DNA of 64,000 nt from an uncultured delta proteobacterium (GTDB taxonomy: Bacteria > Desulfobacterota > Desulfobacteria > Desulfobacterales > B30-G6). The translations under genes and the position numbers were made by a program. The notes below the pieces were generated by a model that saw only the letters and a list, made by a program, of their open reading frames with translations, searched no databases and had not been told where the DNA came from. The stretch spans positions 96,001 to 160,000 of the forward strand of contig CAWGLD010000001.1 in the NCBI GenBank assembly GCA_963823335.1, given 5' to 3'. This document shows positions 32,119 through 43,218 of this stretch, one piece after another (position 1 is the first letter of the stretch; each line of letters opens with the position of its first letter).

Positions 32119-33525
32119 TCAACTTAAAGGGATGGCGTATTTTTTCATTTTTTTGTACAGCAGCGTGCGGTGAATTCCCAACATCCTGGCAGCCCTGCTC
32201 TTGTTGTTGCCGCTTTCCTCGAGGGCATAGCGGATGGTTTCCTGCTCCGTCTTGGCCTGCAATACCCTTAGGGAAGACCGGGTTTGGCCGCCAGTTTTTC
32301 CTTTGTTTCGGTGCAGATAAAACGGGAGATCCGGGAGGCGGATCGTCCGGCCATCCAGGGCCGACAGCGTCCTTTCGAGCACGTTGGAGAGTTCGCGGAC
32401 ATTACCCGGCCACTCGTAATTTCTTAAAACCGCTTCCGCCTGCTTGTCCATCTCGATTTCAGAAAGGTTCGCTTCCGCAGCCATTTGTTTTAGGAGGTGC
32501 CGGGCGCTTTGCAGAATATCGGTTTTGCGCTCCCGAAGAGGGGGAATATTGAGGGGTACCACGTTGAGTCTGTAAAAAAGGTCCTTGCGGAAGCGGCCGA
32601 CCGAAATCATTTCCTCGAGATTCTGATTGGTAGCGGCAATAATTCTCAAATCGGTCTGAATGATCTTGTTGCCGCCCACGCGCTCGAATTCATGATCCTC
32701 GATGGCGCGCAGCAGTTTGGGCTGCATTTCAAGAGGCAGGTCCCCCACCTCGTCTAGAAACAGAGTGCCCTGGTGCGCCAGCTCGAACTTGCCGGGTTTT
32801 CCATCCGATCCGGCACCGGTGAAAGCACCTTTTTCATACCCGAAGAGCTCTGACTCCAAAAGGTCTTTTGGAATCGCCGCGCAGTTTATGCGCACAAAAG
32901 GATACAGCTTGCGCTTGCTGGCATGATGGATGGCCTGGGCAAACAGTTCCTTTCCGGTACCGCTCTCGCCGCAAATGAGCACCGGGAACTGGTTCGACGC
33001 GGCCCTGATCGCCTCCAGCTTCAAGGCCTTGATCGCCTTGCTGTTCCCGACGATACTGTCCAGGGTGTAGCGGGTGGAACGGAGGTTGAGGAGCTCCGCT
33101 TCGTAATGTTTGACTTTTGATTCCAGAAGCGTGAGTTCGGATGCAAGCTTCGACACATCTTTTACGTCCTTAAACATGACCTGTCCGAACACCGCCACCA
33201 CCCGACCGTCCCGTCGGATAGGTATTCGCTGAACAACCATTTTCTTGCCGATGATCCGGTGCGACTGATTGATCTCGGGTTTGCCCGTGCGGGCCACGAT
33301 GTGCATGCGGCTGTTCTCGACCGCCTCTTTACAGTGTTTGCCGATCTGCGCTTCAGGGTCCACACCCAGAAACTCACCGTAAGGTTTGTTAAAATGGGTG
33401 ATATACCCTTTTTCATCGGTCACCACGGCACCGTTATAGATACTGTCGAAAATGGAACGGTACATCTCCAGATCTTTTTCCAGCGCCTTTATTCTGAGAT
33501 TCTGGCTCTGATGTCCCATGACCAC
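32119..33525 (-). CDS. PAS-domain sigma54-dependent Fis-family activator
   Basis: GESGTGKE, GAFTGA, WPGNVREL, HTH. Confidence 0.95.
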   Translation of the reverse strand: MVMGHQSQNLRIKALEKDLEMYRSIFDSIYNGAVVTDEKGYITHFNKPYGEFLGVDPEAQIGKHCKEAVENSRMHIVARTGKPEINQSHRIIGKKMVVQRIPIRRDGRVVAVFGQVMFKDVKDVSKLASELTLLESKVKHYEAELLNLRSTRYTLDSIVGNSKAIKALKLEAIRAASNQFPVLICGESGTGKELFAQAIHHASKRKLYPFVRINCAAIPKDLLESELFGYEKGAFTGAGSDGKPGKFELAHQGTLFLDEVGDLPLEMQPKLLRAIEDHEFERVGGNKIIQTDLRIIAATNQNLEEMISVGRFRKDLFYRLNVVPLNIPPLRERKTDILQSARHLLKQMAAEANLSEIEMDKQAEAVLRNYEWPGNVRELSNVLERTLSALDGRTIRLPDLPFYLHRNKGKTGGQTRSSLRVLQAKTEQETIRYALEESGNNKSRAARMLGIHRTLLYKKMKKYAIPLS

Positions 33526-33781
33526 CTCCTGATTGCTCGGGTCCTTGGTTAATACCTTTTAAAGCGTGTCCGCAGCCCCTGTCGACCGGGTTGGGGCGTT
33601 ACCCAAAATGTATCAATTCATCGACATGTAGTTCAATTGATACGTTTTTTCATACACCTTCCGAAAACGCATGTCGAGCGAATTTTCGTCAATCAATATT
33701 CGTCTAACAAATTATGAACGTTATTCACCCGTTAGCATCTTTGCCCGCGTTTCTTTTCAATCCGTTGCAGCCAGATAAAAA

Positions 33782-33797
33782 CGGCCCAATATTTGCA
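33782..33797 (+). promoter_or_regulatory. Putative sigma54 (-24/-12) promoter
   Basis: cGGcccaatatttGCa (GG-N10-GC), 45 bp upstream of the SDR and divergent from the activator. Confidence 0.65.
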
Positions 33798-33841
33798 ATC
33801 CTTGTCGTAAAGCTTTTCATCCACGCTGCAGGAGGACGCCC

Positions 33842-34702
33842 ATGAAAGAAACCCGAAACCCGGACGATACCAGGGAGCCGGACATCACACACGACGAAAT
33901 ACTGACACTTCGGGATCCACATTTCGACAGCAGCAATGTCTGCATCGTCACGGGGGCAGGTACCGGCATCGGCAGGGCCACCTCCGTCGCGGCTGCGGCA
34001 AACGGGCTGATGACCGTCGGGCTCGATATCAATGAAGAAGAGGGCCACAAGACGCAGAAACTGGCCCGTGATATGGGTGGACAAATGATTTTTCTGCGCT
34101 GCGATCTGACACGGGATACGGATATCGAAAAGGCTGTTTCTGAGGCCGCCAAAATCGGGACCGTCAAATATCTCGCCAACATCGCCGGGATTCAACATAT
34201 CGACCCGATCGACAATTTTCCCATGGAAAAATACGACCAGATGCAGGCGTTGATGCTCCGGGCCCCGTTTTATCTGTCCAAGCTCGTCATCCCCCACATG
34301 AAAAACAGTTCCGACCACAGCGGTGTCATCGGCAACATGGCCTCCGTCCACGCCCATGTCTGCACCAAGAACAAACCGGTCTACAACATTACCAAATTTG
34401 GATTACGGGCATTGAGCCAATCCATTTCGGCAGAAGGAAAGGGCAAGGTCCGCTCCTTCACCCTGAGCACGGGTTTTGTAAAAACCCCGCTGGCTTTGAA
34501 TCAGATCAGCGCCCAGGCCAAGCAGCGCGGGATAACCCCGGAAAAAGTCGTCAGCGAAGTCATGATGGGTGCCTCCCGGATCAAGGAGATGATGACGCCC
34601 ATCGAGGTAGCCAACCTGCTTCTCTTCGGATTTTCAAAGTTCGCCAAGTATCTTGTGGGGGGAGACCTGCTTTTTGACGGCGGGATGGTGCTGACGTATT
34701 AA
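33842..34702 (+). CDS. SDR oxidoreductase, 3-hydroxybutyrate dehydrogenase-like
   Basis: TGAGTGIG, AGIQH, ASVH, YNITK, GFVKTPL. Confidence 0.85.
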   Translation: MKETRNPDDTREPDITHDEILTLRDPHFDSSNVCIVTGAGTGIGRATSVAAAANGLMTVGLDINEEEGHKTQKLARDMGGQMIFLRCDLTRDTDIEKAVSEAAKIGTVKYLANIAGIQHIDPIDNFPMEKYDQMQALMLRAPFYLSKLVIPHMKNSSDHSGVIGNMASVHAHVCTKNKPVYNITKFGLRALSQSISAEGKGKVRSFTLSTGFVKTPLALNQISAQAKQRGITPEKVVSEVMMGASRIKEMMTPIEVANLLLFGFSKFAKYLVGGDLLFDGGMVLTY

Positions 34703-34865
34703 CCATCACGTGCACAAGCCCACCAACCTACAGGGAGAGGAGGTGATGAGCGGGCCTCATACGCTTCAATCTGCTTCGACATAGAGATTTAACTCGAAAA
34801 TGGCATGCAACATCCTTTGTGTGAACCAATCTAAACGATTTTTTAACCAAAAGAGGAGAAGACCC

Positions 34866-36104
34866 ATGAAAATTAAGACGATTTGTATTGCATGTGCACT
34901 TGTCCTGACGGCGGGTTTTTTTCTTGCAACCCAAAGCCCGGCTGCAGAACCCTATCATCTGGGAGTCAATCTTGCCATCACTGGAACCGGAGCTCTGTAT
35001 TGCAAGGATGGTATCGACGCCATCAAAATGGCTGTGGACGAGATCAATGCCGATGGCGGTTTCCTTGGAAGCCATCCCATCAAGCTTTTCATTCGGGACA
35101 CCCAGACCAAGCCCGACATCGCCGTGCGCGAGGCAAAGGATTTGATCCTTAGGGATAAGGTGAGAACCATTCTGGGAACCTATTCCAGCGCCTGTGCTGT
35201 CGCAATAAAACCCATCGCGCAGGAATACAAGGTGCTCCATATTCCGGCCATCAGCAACTCCGAAAGCATTACCCTCACAAATTTCAGCCCCTACACCTAT
35301 CAGGTGGTGCCCAACAGTTACATGCAGGCAAAGGCCGTGGTCCTGGGCGTCGCGGAGCTGGCCAAGAAAAAAGGGTGGAAAGAATATGTGACCATCGCAT
35401 CCGATTATGAGTGGGGTCGATCCACGCAGAAAAACACCGTTGAGCTGTTGAAACAAATGGCGCCCGAACTGAAACTGAAAAAAGAGTTTTGGCCGCAGTT
35501 AGGCGAGACGCAGTTTACTTCGTACATTACGGCGATCATGGCACAGAAACCCGATTTCGTTATCGGTTCGGTGGCATCCAAGGACAACGTAGCCTGGATG
35601 AAACAGGCCAAAGCCTATGGATTCTTCGACAAGATTCCTTATCCCGGATCCCTGATCAGTGTATCCGAGTTGATCCTTCAGGCCAAGACCCTGGACCGGG
35701 GATTGATCGGTCTCTGCCGTGCGCCTTTTTTCGCCCACCTGGATATCCCCATGATGGCCAATTTTGTTAAAAACTTCCAGGCTAAATACGATCGATATCC
35801 CAGTGACTGGGCTGTAATGGAATATGATGCGGTCTATGTGCTGAAACAGGGCATCGAAATGTCCGGAAGCATTGACACCGAAAAAGTCAAGGATTCCCTG
35901 AAAGGCGCCACCGTCGACACGACGAGAGGCCAGCTCTTTTTCCGGACCATCGACAATCAGTTGAGCTGTTCATCCTATATCGGCGTGGTAAGCGACGACC
36001 CGGCCTACCCATTTCCTATTTATCATGACCTGGTGGAGGTAAAGGGCCCCGATTCATGGCGCCCGGAAGAGGAAATCTTAGAAGCCAGAATGAAAAAGGA
36101 ATAA
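34866..36104 (+). CDS. Liv-type ABC transporter substrate-binding protein
   Basis: Signal peptide, INADGG, DYEWG. Confidence 0.9.
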   Translation: MKIKTICIACALVLTAGFFLATQSPAAEPYHLGVNLAITGTGALYCKDGIDAIKMAVDEINADGGFLGSHPIKLFIRDTQTKPDIAVREAKDLILRDKVRTILGTYSSACAVAIKPIAQEYKVLHIPAISNSESITLTNFSPYTYQVVPNSYMQAKAVVLGVAELAKKKGWKEYVTIASDYEWGRSTQKNTVELLKQMAPELKLKKEFWPQLGETQFTSYITAIMAQKPDFVIGSVASKDNVAWMKQAKAYGFFDKIPYPGSLISVSELILQAKTLDRGLIGLCRAPFFAHLDIPMMANFVKNFQAKYDRYPSDWAVMEYDAVYVLKQGIEMSGSIDTEKVKDSLKGATVDTTRGQLFFRTIDNQLSCSSYIGVVSDDPAYPFPIYHDLVEVKGPDSWRPEEEILEARMKKE

Positions 36105-36117
36105 CCGAGGAACGCAT

Positions 36118-37002
36118 ATGGATGCTTCTTTGATCTTTGCGCAGTTCATGAGTGGACTCTCCCGGGGCATGATGCTGTTTCTCATCTCCTCGGGACTGTC
36201 CCTTATTTTCGGGGTGATGAACATTTTAAATTTTGCCCATGCCACCCTGTGGCTGGTTGGCGCATACTTCTGCTATACCTTTTGGTACCTGTTGCAGGGC
36301 TTTGAGATGGGATTGTGGCTCAGCATTCCCCTGGCGGCCGTGACCCTTGGGGCCCTTGGATGGTTGATCGAGGTGGTCCTGATCCGTCGGGTTTACAAAC
36401 GCGAGCTGCCGGAACAGCTTCTCCTGACCTATGCCATGGTCCTGGTTTTGGGGGATTTGATCAAAATCATCTGGGGCGTGGACGACAAATTGATCGAACG
36501 GCCGTCTCTGGTGGCCGATCCTGTTTTCATCTTCGGCATGCCCTTCGATTCTTACTTTATTTTCGTTATCTGTATCGGATTTACCGTAGCCGCCGGTCTG
36601 TGGTGGTTTTTGCAGAAAACCCGATACGGTCAAATTATCAGGGCCGCTGTGTTCAGCCGGGAAATGGTCAGTGCCCTGGGAATTCCGATCCCCAGAATCT
36701 ATTCCGGCGTTTTTGCCCTTGGCATCTTCATTGCCGGTCTGGCCGGGGCTGTGCAGGCCCCGGTTGGATCGATTACGCTGGGCATGGATATGGCTGTGGT
36801 CATTCAGGCTTTTTGCGTTGTCGTTATTGGCGGATTCGGAAGCCTTTTGGGTACGTTTGTGGCTGCCATCATCGTGGGAGAAGTATACGCGTTTTCAATT
36901 CTTTTCTGGCCACAGGGTGCCCTGGTTCTCATTTTTGTCATCACGGCTTTTATTTTGATCGTTCGGCCGTGGGGGCTGTTTGGAAAACCCACCAGGGCAT
37001 AA
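36118..37002 (+). CDS. Liv-type ABC permease (LivH-like)
   Basis: GLSLIFGVMNILNFAH, VVIGGFGS. Confidence 0.9.
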   Translation: MDASLIFAQFMSGLSRGMMLFLISSGLSLIFGVMNILNFAHATLWLVGAYFCYTFWYLLQGFEMGLWLSIPLAAVTLGALGWLIEVVLIRRVYKRELPEQLLLTYAMVLVLGDLIKIIWGVDDKLIERPSLVADPVFIFGMPFDSYFIFVICIGFTVAAGLWWFLQKTRYGQIIRAAVFSREMVSALGIPIPRIYSGVFALGIFIAGLAGAVQAPVGSITLGMDMAVVIQAFCVVVIGGFGSLLGTFVAAIIVGEVYAFSILFWPQGALVLIFVITAFILIVRPWGLFGKPTRA

Positions 37003-37035
37003 TGCAAACCGTCAAATAAAAAAGGGTGTGGTCTT

Positions 37036-37998
37036 ATGTATCGATATGGATGGCTTGGGGTGATTTTTGCCGCAACGCTTGTTTTGCCCCAGATCATCGG
37101 GGAGTATTGGATTCATATTGCCGTTGAAATCTTGATCATGGGGCTTTTTGCCGTCAGTTTTAACATGATTTTCGGCTACATGGGCCAACTCAGCTTCGGG
37201 CATGCAGCCTATTTCGGTGTGGGTGCCTATGCCACCGGTCTGCTGCTGGTCAAGACATCTGTTCCGCTACCTTTCTGCCTGCTCATTTCCATGGTGACGG
37301 CCGGGGTGTTTGCACTGATCATCGGCTATTTTTGCGTCCGTTTGACCGGAATTTATTTTGCCATACTCACCATGGCCTTCGGGCAGCTTATTTATTATAT
37401 CATCTTTCAGTGGTATTCTTTTACGGGCGGAGATGATGGTCTGCAGGGAATCGTTCCGCCGGATTGGCTCATAAATGTCAAAGTATATTATTACTTTACC
37501 CTGCTTATCGTTATCGTGGCTCTGGCCATCATGTGGCGGATCAGTGAATCACCGTTCGGCTACACCATGCGTTCCATTCGGGAAAATGCCGAAAGAACCC
37601 GTTTTATCGGCATCCATGTCCGCAAGTATATGCTCATCAACTTTGTCATTGCAGGCATGTTCGCCGGTCTGGCCGGCGGTCTTTTGGGACCATTCAACCG
37701 GAGCATCGCACCGGATCTCTGCAACTGGCATCAATCCGGCATACCTGTATTCATGACTGTTATCGGCGGTCCTTTGGGCTTTTTCGGCCCCGTCATCGGG
37801 TCCGTCATTTATACGTTTCTGTTTGCATTCGTCACGGGGTTTACCGAATACTGGCCTTTGACCATCGGATTGGTCATCATTGCCGTGGTTCTGTTTGTTC
37901 CGGGCGGGGTCCTCGGGCTGGTGCAGACAAAATTCAAAGCGTTTGGAGCCGCAAAAATAGTCCAATCGGAAAGGGGCTCCACTGAAACGGAGATATAA
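37036..37998 (+). CDS. Liv-type ABC permease (LivM-like)
   Basis: GQLSFGHAAYFGVGAY, TGGDDG. Confidence 0.9.
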   Translation: MYRYGWLGVIFAATLVLPQIIGEYWIHIAVEILIMGLFAVSFNMIFGYMGQLSFGHAAYFGVGAYATGLLLVKTSVPLPFCLLISMVTAGVFALIIGYFCVRLTGIYFAILTMAFGQLIYYIIFQWYSFTGGDDGLQGIVPPDWLINVKVYYYFTLLIVIVALAIMWRISESPFGYTMRSIRENAERTRFIGIHVRKYMLINFVIAGMFAGLAGGLLGPFNRSIAPDLCNWHQSGIPVFMTVIGGPLGFFGPVIGSVIYTFLFAFVTGFTEYWPLTIGLVIIAVVLFVPGGVLGLVQTKFKAFGAAKIVQSERGSTETEI

Positions 37999-38002
37999 CG
38001 GC

Positions 38003-38746
38003 ATGGTAATTCTAAAAGTTGAACACCTTTTCAAGGCTTTCGGTGGGCTGCAAGCCACGTCCGATGTCAATTTCGAGATGGAGAGTGGTGATATTTCAGC
38101 CATTATCGGCCCCAACGGCGCCGGGAAAAGCACATTGTTCAACCTTCTGACCGGTTATCACCGGGTCGACTCCGGCAGCGTCTTTTTTCACCAAAAAGAT
38201 ATTACCAACTGGCCGCCGTATAAAATTGCACGTTTGGGTATTGCAAGGGCGTTTCAAATCAGCAACATCTATCTTGCCCTGACCCCTTATGAAAATATCC
38301 GTCAGGCGATCCTGGCTCAGCAGCGAAAAACGCTCAATTTATTCAAACCGGCCGGACAGATGGCCAAGGAAGAGACACGCAACCTGCTCGAGGTGGCAGG
38401 GCTTTCAACACATGCGAACACCGTCGCCGGGAACCTCTCCCAGGGCGACAAAAAACGGTTGGAATTGGCCATTGCCCTGGGATGCAAGCCCGAATTGCTG
38501 TTTCTGGACGAACCCACGGCCGGCATGTCCAAAGATGAAACGCACGAAACCATGAGTCTCGTCCAACGGCTGAATCGGGAAATGGGTCTGACCATTCTTT
38601 TTACAGAGCACGATATGTCGGTAGTGTTCGGATACGCAAAACACCTGACCGTTCTGCATCAAGGCGCCATTATCGCCCAAGGGAGTCCGGAATCCGTGCG
38701 ATCCAATGAAGCGGCACAGAAAATTTATCTCGGGGAGGAAGCATGA
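38003..38746 (+). CDS. Liv-type ABC ATPase (LivG-like)
   Basis: GPNGAGKST, LDEPTAG. Confidence 0.92.
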   Translation: MVILKVEHLFKAFGGLQATSDVNFEMESGDISAIIGPNGAGKSTLFNLLTGYHRVDSGSVFFHQKDITNWPPYKIARLGIARAFQISNIYLALTPYENIRQAILAQQRKTLNLFKPAGQMAKEETRNLLEVAGLSTHANTVAGNLSQGDKKRLELAIALGCKPELLFLDEPTAGMSKDETHETMSLVQRLNREMGLTILFTEHDMSVVFGYAKHLTVLHQGAIIAQGSPESVRSNEAAQKIYLGEEA

Positions 38747-39450
38747 TACTGGATGTCAAACAGATCAACACGTTTTACGAGACCAGTCACATCCTTTTTG
38801 ATGTCTCCCTAACAGTGGGCCATGGCGAAATAGTTTGTCTCCTGGGCCGGAACGGGGCGGGCAAGACCACGACCATGCGCAGTATCATGGGGTTAACCCC
38901 GCCAAAATCCGGAAATATCCTTTTCCATGGGGTTGAGCTTTCGGGCCGGCCGCCGCATTATATCGCTCAAAAAGGCATGGGGTATGTACCGGACAACCGG
39001 TTAATCTTTCCTGACCTCACCGTGCTCGAGAACCTTCAAATCGGACAGAAACTTCCCAAGAGCCCACAGACCGAACCGTGGACGGTAGAAAGGATATACG
39101 AACTCTTCCCCATTCTGGCCGAAAGACACAGTCAACATGGCGGCACCTTGAGCGGTGGTGAACAGCAGATGCTCACGGTGGCCAGAACCCTCATGGGCAA
39201 TCCCGAACTTCTGCTCCTGGATGAACCCGTCGAGGGATTGGCACCCCTTGTGGTAAAAGATCTGGGAGCACAGATCCTGAAACTCAAGGAAATGGGGCAG
39301 ACCATTCTCTTTTCCGAACAGAACATCCATTTTGCCACCATGACATCCGACCGCGCCTATGTGATCGACAACGGCAGGATTCGATATCAGGGAACCATCG
39401 AGGAACTGAGCGCCAACCAGGAAGTCAAAGAAAAATATCTGATGATATAG
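38743..39450 (+). CDS. Liv-type ABC ATPase (LivF-like)
   Basis: GRNGAGKTT, LSGGEQQML. Confidence 0.92.
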   Translation: MILDVKQINTFYETSHILFDVSLTVGHGEIVCLLGRNGAGKTTTMRSIMGLTPPKSGNILFHGVELSGRPPHYIAQKGMGYVPDNRLIFPDLTVLENLQIGQKLPKSPQTEPWTVERIYELFPILAERHSQHGGTLSGGEQQMLTVARTLMGNPELLLLDEPVEGLAPLVVKDLGAQILKLKEMGQTILFSEQNIHFATMTSDRAYVIDNGRIRYQGTIEELSANQEVKEKYLMI

Positions 39451-39520
39451 CAGTAAGCCGTCCCTGGCGGCCCTCGCAAAACCGGAACCTCAATTTCTGA
39501 AAACAGAAAACGGAGCGTTC

Positions 39521-41077
39521 ATGAAGACATTCGACAACCCGGACGTCATCATCACCGATGTCATGGACAGCCACGGGAAATGGCGTGCCAAAAAGCCGGC
39601 CTTGATCTGTGGGGACCGCCGTGTCAACTGGGCGGCATTCAACCAGCGAATCAACCGCGTCGCCAACGCTTTAAAAAAACGCGGTTTAAAAAAGGGCGAC
39701 AAGGCCAGCCTGCTCACGACCAACTGCATCGAAGCCCTTGAAGTCATCTTCGGTGTCATAAAAGCCGGCGGCGTTATCGTTCCCCTGTCTGCCATGGTTC
39801 AGGGAGAAGCGCTGGCCAGAATGGTCATCGACTCGGATTCCCGGTTTTTGTTCGCGGGGCCGGGTCAAATCGGAATCATCGCGCCACACTGCTCCTTGTT
39901 CACCCGTATGGCCGGGAACGGATTCATTGTTCTGGGGGATGCCGTCGATGGATGGGAAACGTACGAATCGCTCGTTGACGACGGCTCGGACCAGAAACCC
40001 GGTGTTCGTCTAATCTACGAAGACCCCTTCAATATTATGTACACTTCCGGCACCACCGGTGTGCCCAAAGGTATTTTGCACACGCATCACAACCGTACCC
40101 AGTTTGCCAGCATGTTCGCCATCGACTATCGGATCGATTCGAGCGCCGTAAATATCGTAACCACGGCACTCTACGCCAACGGCACATGGCTGACCATGCT
40201 TCCGACCCTCTTTGCCGGGGGCACCCTGGTGATCATGCAAAACTTTGACGCCCTAGAATTTCTGGAACTTGTTCAAAAAGAGAAGTGTACCCACACGTTT
40301 ATGGTTCCCACCCAGTTCACGATGCTGCTGGAACATCCCGGGTTCGACAACTACGACATCAGCTCCATGCGAATATGGAACTCCGCGGGGTCACCGCTTC
40401 GCGCCGCCACCAAAGCGCAAGTGATTAAGCGCTTCAGCGGCGAGCTCGTGGAACTCTGGGGCCTGACCGAGGGCGTCGCGACCACGCTCAAACCCGAGGA
40501 CATGCAGGAGAAAATGACCTCGGTGGGCATACCACTGGTCGGCTGGGATGTCCGGATTATCGATGCGTCCGGGAACGAGTGCCCCCGGGAGCAAGCCGGT
40601 GAAATCGTGGCATTCAGTTCGTTTCTGATGCCCGAGTACTACAAGCTTCCCGACAAAACAGCCGAAGCGATCTGGCTGGACGAATCCGGCAAAACGTACC
40701 TGAAAACCGGCGATATGGGCAAATTGGATCAGGACGGGTTTCTTTACATTCTGGATCGAAAGAAAGACATGATCATTTCAGGTGGGATCAATATCTTTGC
40801 CAGCGACATCGAAGACGTTCTGACCCGTCATCCGGATGTTCAGGACGCCATCGTCATCGGCATCCCGCATGAAAAATGGGGGGAAACACCCCTGGCTTTC
40901 GTGGTCCCCCGGCCGGAAGCGTCGCTTGCAGAAGCGGATCTGTTGACATGGCTCAATCCGAAACTGGCCAAGTTTCAACGTGTATCCCAAATCGTATTCC
41001 GGGAGGACTTCCCCAGAAATGCGCTGGGCAAAGTCCTCAAACGGGAGTTGCGGGAACCTTACTGGAAATCATCGTAA
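39521..41077 (+). CDS. Acyl-CoA synthetase (class I adenylate-forming)
   Basis: YTSGTTGVPKG, WGLTE, TGD, DRKKDMIISGG. Confidence 0.92.
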   Translation: MKTFDNPDVIITDVMDSHGKWRAKKPALICGDRRVNWAAFNQRINRVANALKKRGLKKGDKASLLTTNCIEALEVIFGVIKAGGVIVPLSAMVQGEALARMVIDSDSRFLFAGPGQIGIIAPHCSLFTRMAGNGFIVLGDAVDGWETYESLVDDGSDQKPGVRLIYEDPFNIMYTSGTTGVPKGILHTHHNRTQFASMFAIDYRIDSSAVNIVTTALYANGTWLTMLPTLFAGGTLVIMQNFDALEFLELVQKEKCTHTFMVPTQFTMLLEHPGFDNYDISSMRIWNSAGSPLRAATKAQVIKRFSGELVELWGLTEGVATTLKPEDMQEKMTSVGIPLVGWDVRIIDASGNECPREQAGEIVAFSSFLMPEYYKLPDKTAEAIWLDESGKTYLKTGDMGKLDQDGFLYILDRKKDMIISGGINIFASDIEDVLTRHPDVQDAIVIGIPHEKWGETPLAFVVPRPEASLAEADLLTWLNPKLAKFQRVSQIVFREDFPRNALGKVLKRELREPYWKSS

Positions 41078-41091
41078 AGGGGAAAAATACC

Positions 41092-42756
41092 ATGCTGCCG
41101 CCCGGACAAACATACCAGCAGGTTTACGATACATTTCAATGGGACATCCCCGAAACCTACAACATCGGTGTCGACATCTGCGACAAGTGGGCGAAAAAGG
41201 GGCGACGTCTGGCGCTGATATATGAAAACGAGGACGGAAAGGTCGAACGCTATACCTTTCAGGACTTGAAAGGCCTCTCCAATCGATTGGCCAACGGGTT
41301 CCAGGCCAACGGCATCAGCCGGGGAGACCGGGTCGGAATATTGCTGCCCCAATGCCCCGAGACGGCTATTTCGCACATTGCAGTCTACAAGATCGGTGCC
41401 GTCGCCGTTCCGCTTTTCACACTTTTCGGGACGGATGCCCTGGCGTATAGACTGTCGAACAGCCAAGCCCGGGGCTTGGTCACGGATGCAGCCAACCTCC
41501 CAAAAATAATGGAAATCTGGAATGACCTGCCGCACCTTGAAACCGTCCTGGTGACAGACGGGAAAAAACCCGATCGTGTCTTCGATTTTCAGGAAACCAT
41601 CGCCAAGGGGGTTCCGGAATTTACACCGCTAATTACCCGGTCCGACGATCCTGCGCTGATCATCTACACATCCGGCACCACAGGCCCCCCCAAAGGGGCC
41701 CTGCACGCCCACCGCACGCTTCTGGGACATTTACCGGGGGTCGAATTCCCACACGACTTTTTCCCCAAAAAGGACGATCTGTTCTGGACACCGGCAGACT
41801 GGGCCTGGATCGGCGGTCTCATCGACGTACTGCTGCCCAGCTGGCACCACGGCGTCCCGGTTCTGGCACACCGGGCCAAGAAGTTCGACCCCGAAGACGC
41901 CTTTCGGCTCATGGCCCGCTACCGGGTCCGCAATGCCTTTATGCCCCCTACCGCGCTCAAGCTCATGCGCCAGGTCAAGAATCCCAAAAACCGTCACGAC
42001 TACCGGATGCGCAGTATCGGGAGCGGGGGCGAGACCCTGGGCCGGGAGCTCCTGGACTGGGGCAGGAACGTCATGGATGTCACCATCAACGAGTTTTACG
42101 GTCAGACCGAATGCAACCTCATCGTGGGCTGTTGCGCCGAGATCATGGAAATCCGGCCCGGGTCCATGGGCAGGGCCATACCCGGTCACCGGGTCGAGGT
42201 GGTCGACGAGCAGGGCTACCCGGTCCAAACCGGAACGGTGGGAGAGATTGCGGTACGGCGACCCGACCCGGTCATGTTTTTGGAATACTGGCGCAACCCG
42301 GATGCCACACGTGACAAATATACCGGGGAGTGGCTGCTCACCGGCGATCTGGCCAAAAAGGACACGGAGGGCTATTTCTGGTTTAACGGCCGCAAAGACG
42401 ACATCATCACCAGCGGCGGGTACCGTATGGGTCCGGCCGAGATCGAAGATTGCCTGATGAAACACCCGGCGGTCTCCATGGTAGCCGTCGTGGGAAGCCC
42501 GGACGACATCCGAACCGAAATCGTAAAGGCTTTTATCGTGCCCGCCCCCGATGTCAGCACAGGACCGGAAACCGAAGCGGCTATCAAGAAGTTTGTGCGG
42601 ATCCATCTGGCCGCCCACGAATACCCGCGGGAAATCGAATTCGTCAAAGAACTCCCCATGACCGCCACAGGCAAGATCATGCGTAAAGATCTCAAGAAAC
42701 GCGAAATCGTGCGAAAATCAAAGACCTCGCGCACCCAGGCACACCCTGAAACCTGA
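41092..42756 (+). CDS. Short/medium-chain acyl-CoA synthetase
   Basis: YTSGTTGPPKG, YGQTE, GRKDD; ATG at 41092. Confidence 0.92.
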   Translation: MLPPGQTYQQVYDTFQWDIPETYNIGVDICDKWAKKGRRLALIYENEDGKVERYTFQDLKGLSNRLANGFQANGISRGDRVGILLPQCPETAISHIAVYKIGAVAVPLFTLFGTDALAYRLSNSQARGLVTDAANLPKIMEIWNDLPHLETVLVTDGKKPDRVFDFQETIAKGVPEFTPLITRSDDPALIIYTSGTTGPPKGALHAHRTLLGHLPGVEFPHDFFPKKDDLFWTPADWAWIGGLIDVLLPSWHHGVPVLAHRAKKFDPEDAFRLMARYRVRNAFMPPTALKLMRQVKNPKNRHDYRMRSIGSGGETLGRELLDWGRNVMDVTINEFYGQTECNLIVGCCAEIMEIRPGSMGRAIPGHRVEVVDEQGYPVQTGTVGEIAVRRPDPVMFLEYWRNPDATRDKYTGEWLLTGDLAKKDTEGYFWFNGRKDDIITSGGYRMGPAEIEDCLMKHPAVSMVAVVGSPDDIRTEIVKAFIVPAPDVSTGPETEAAIKKFVRIHLAAHEYPREIEFVKELPMTATGKIMRKDLKKREIVRKSKTSRTQAHPET

Positions 42757-43218
42757 AGGGTTCAGACGCACCCCCCACCACAGACATTGTAACGTCAAGC
42801 CGTAAGATGGTAAGTGGGGACGTTCGTGCTGAACGTGCATGGCTCCGGTTCTTCGGATAAGGTATTTTTGCAAATAGGTGCATGTCCGATAGTTCTTTGC
42901 GGCTTTGGTTTCCGGTTGTAAAAAGAAAAAATAACCACTAAGGCGCGAAGGACATTTCAGAGATCGGAGGTCAGAAGTCAGAAGTCAGAAATCAGAGGTC
43001 AGGGTTTAAAATAAGATCAGAAACGAACCTCAAAGGCGCGAAGGACGCTAAGATTTTGTTTTTTACCTGATCGGGGTAACCGATCAGGTAAATCATCATG
43101 CCCTGCTGACAACATTCACGAATTCGATATCTAACCAAACTGTGCGCCCTTTATTAATGTTGGAATTAATCTCCTACCCATACCGTACCCGGAAAAACCT
43201 CTATTAGATCTGAGAAAT

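Noticed and set aside
40876-41091. N-terminal extension of the second acyl-CoA synthetase and many antisense ORFs in 32-43 kb
   Set aside because: They overlap well-supported genes and are shadow ORFs of GC-rich DNA.
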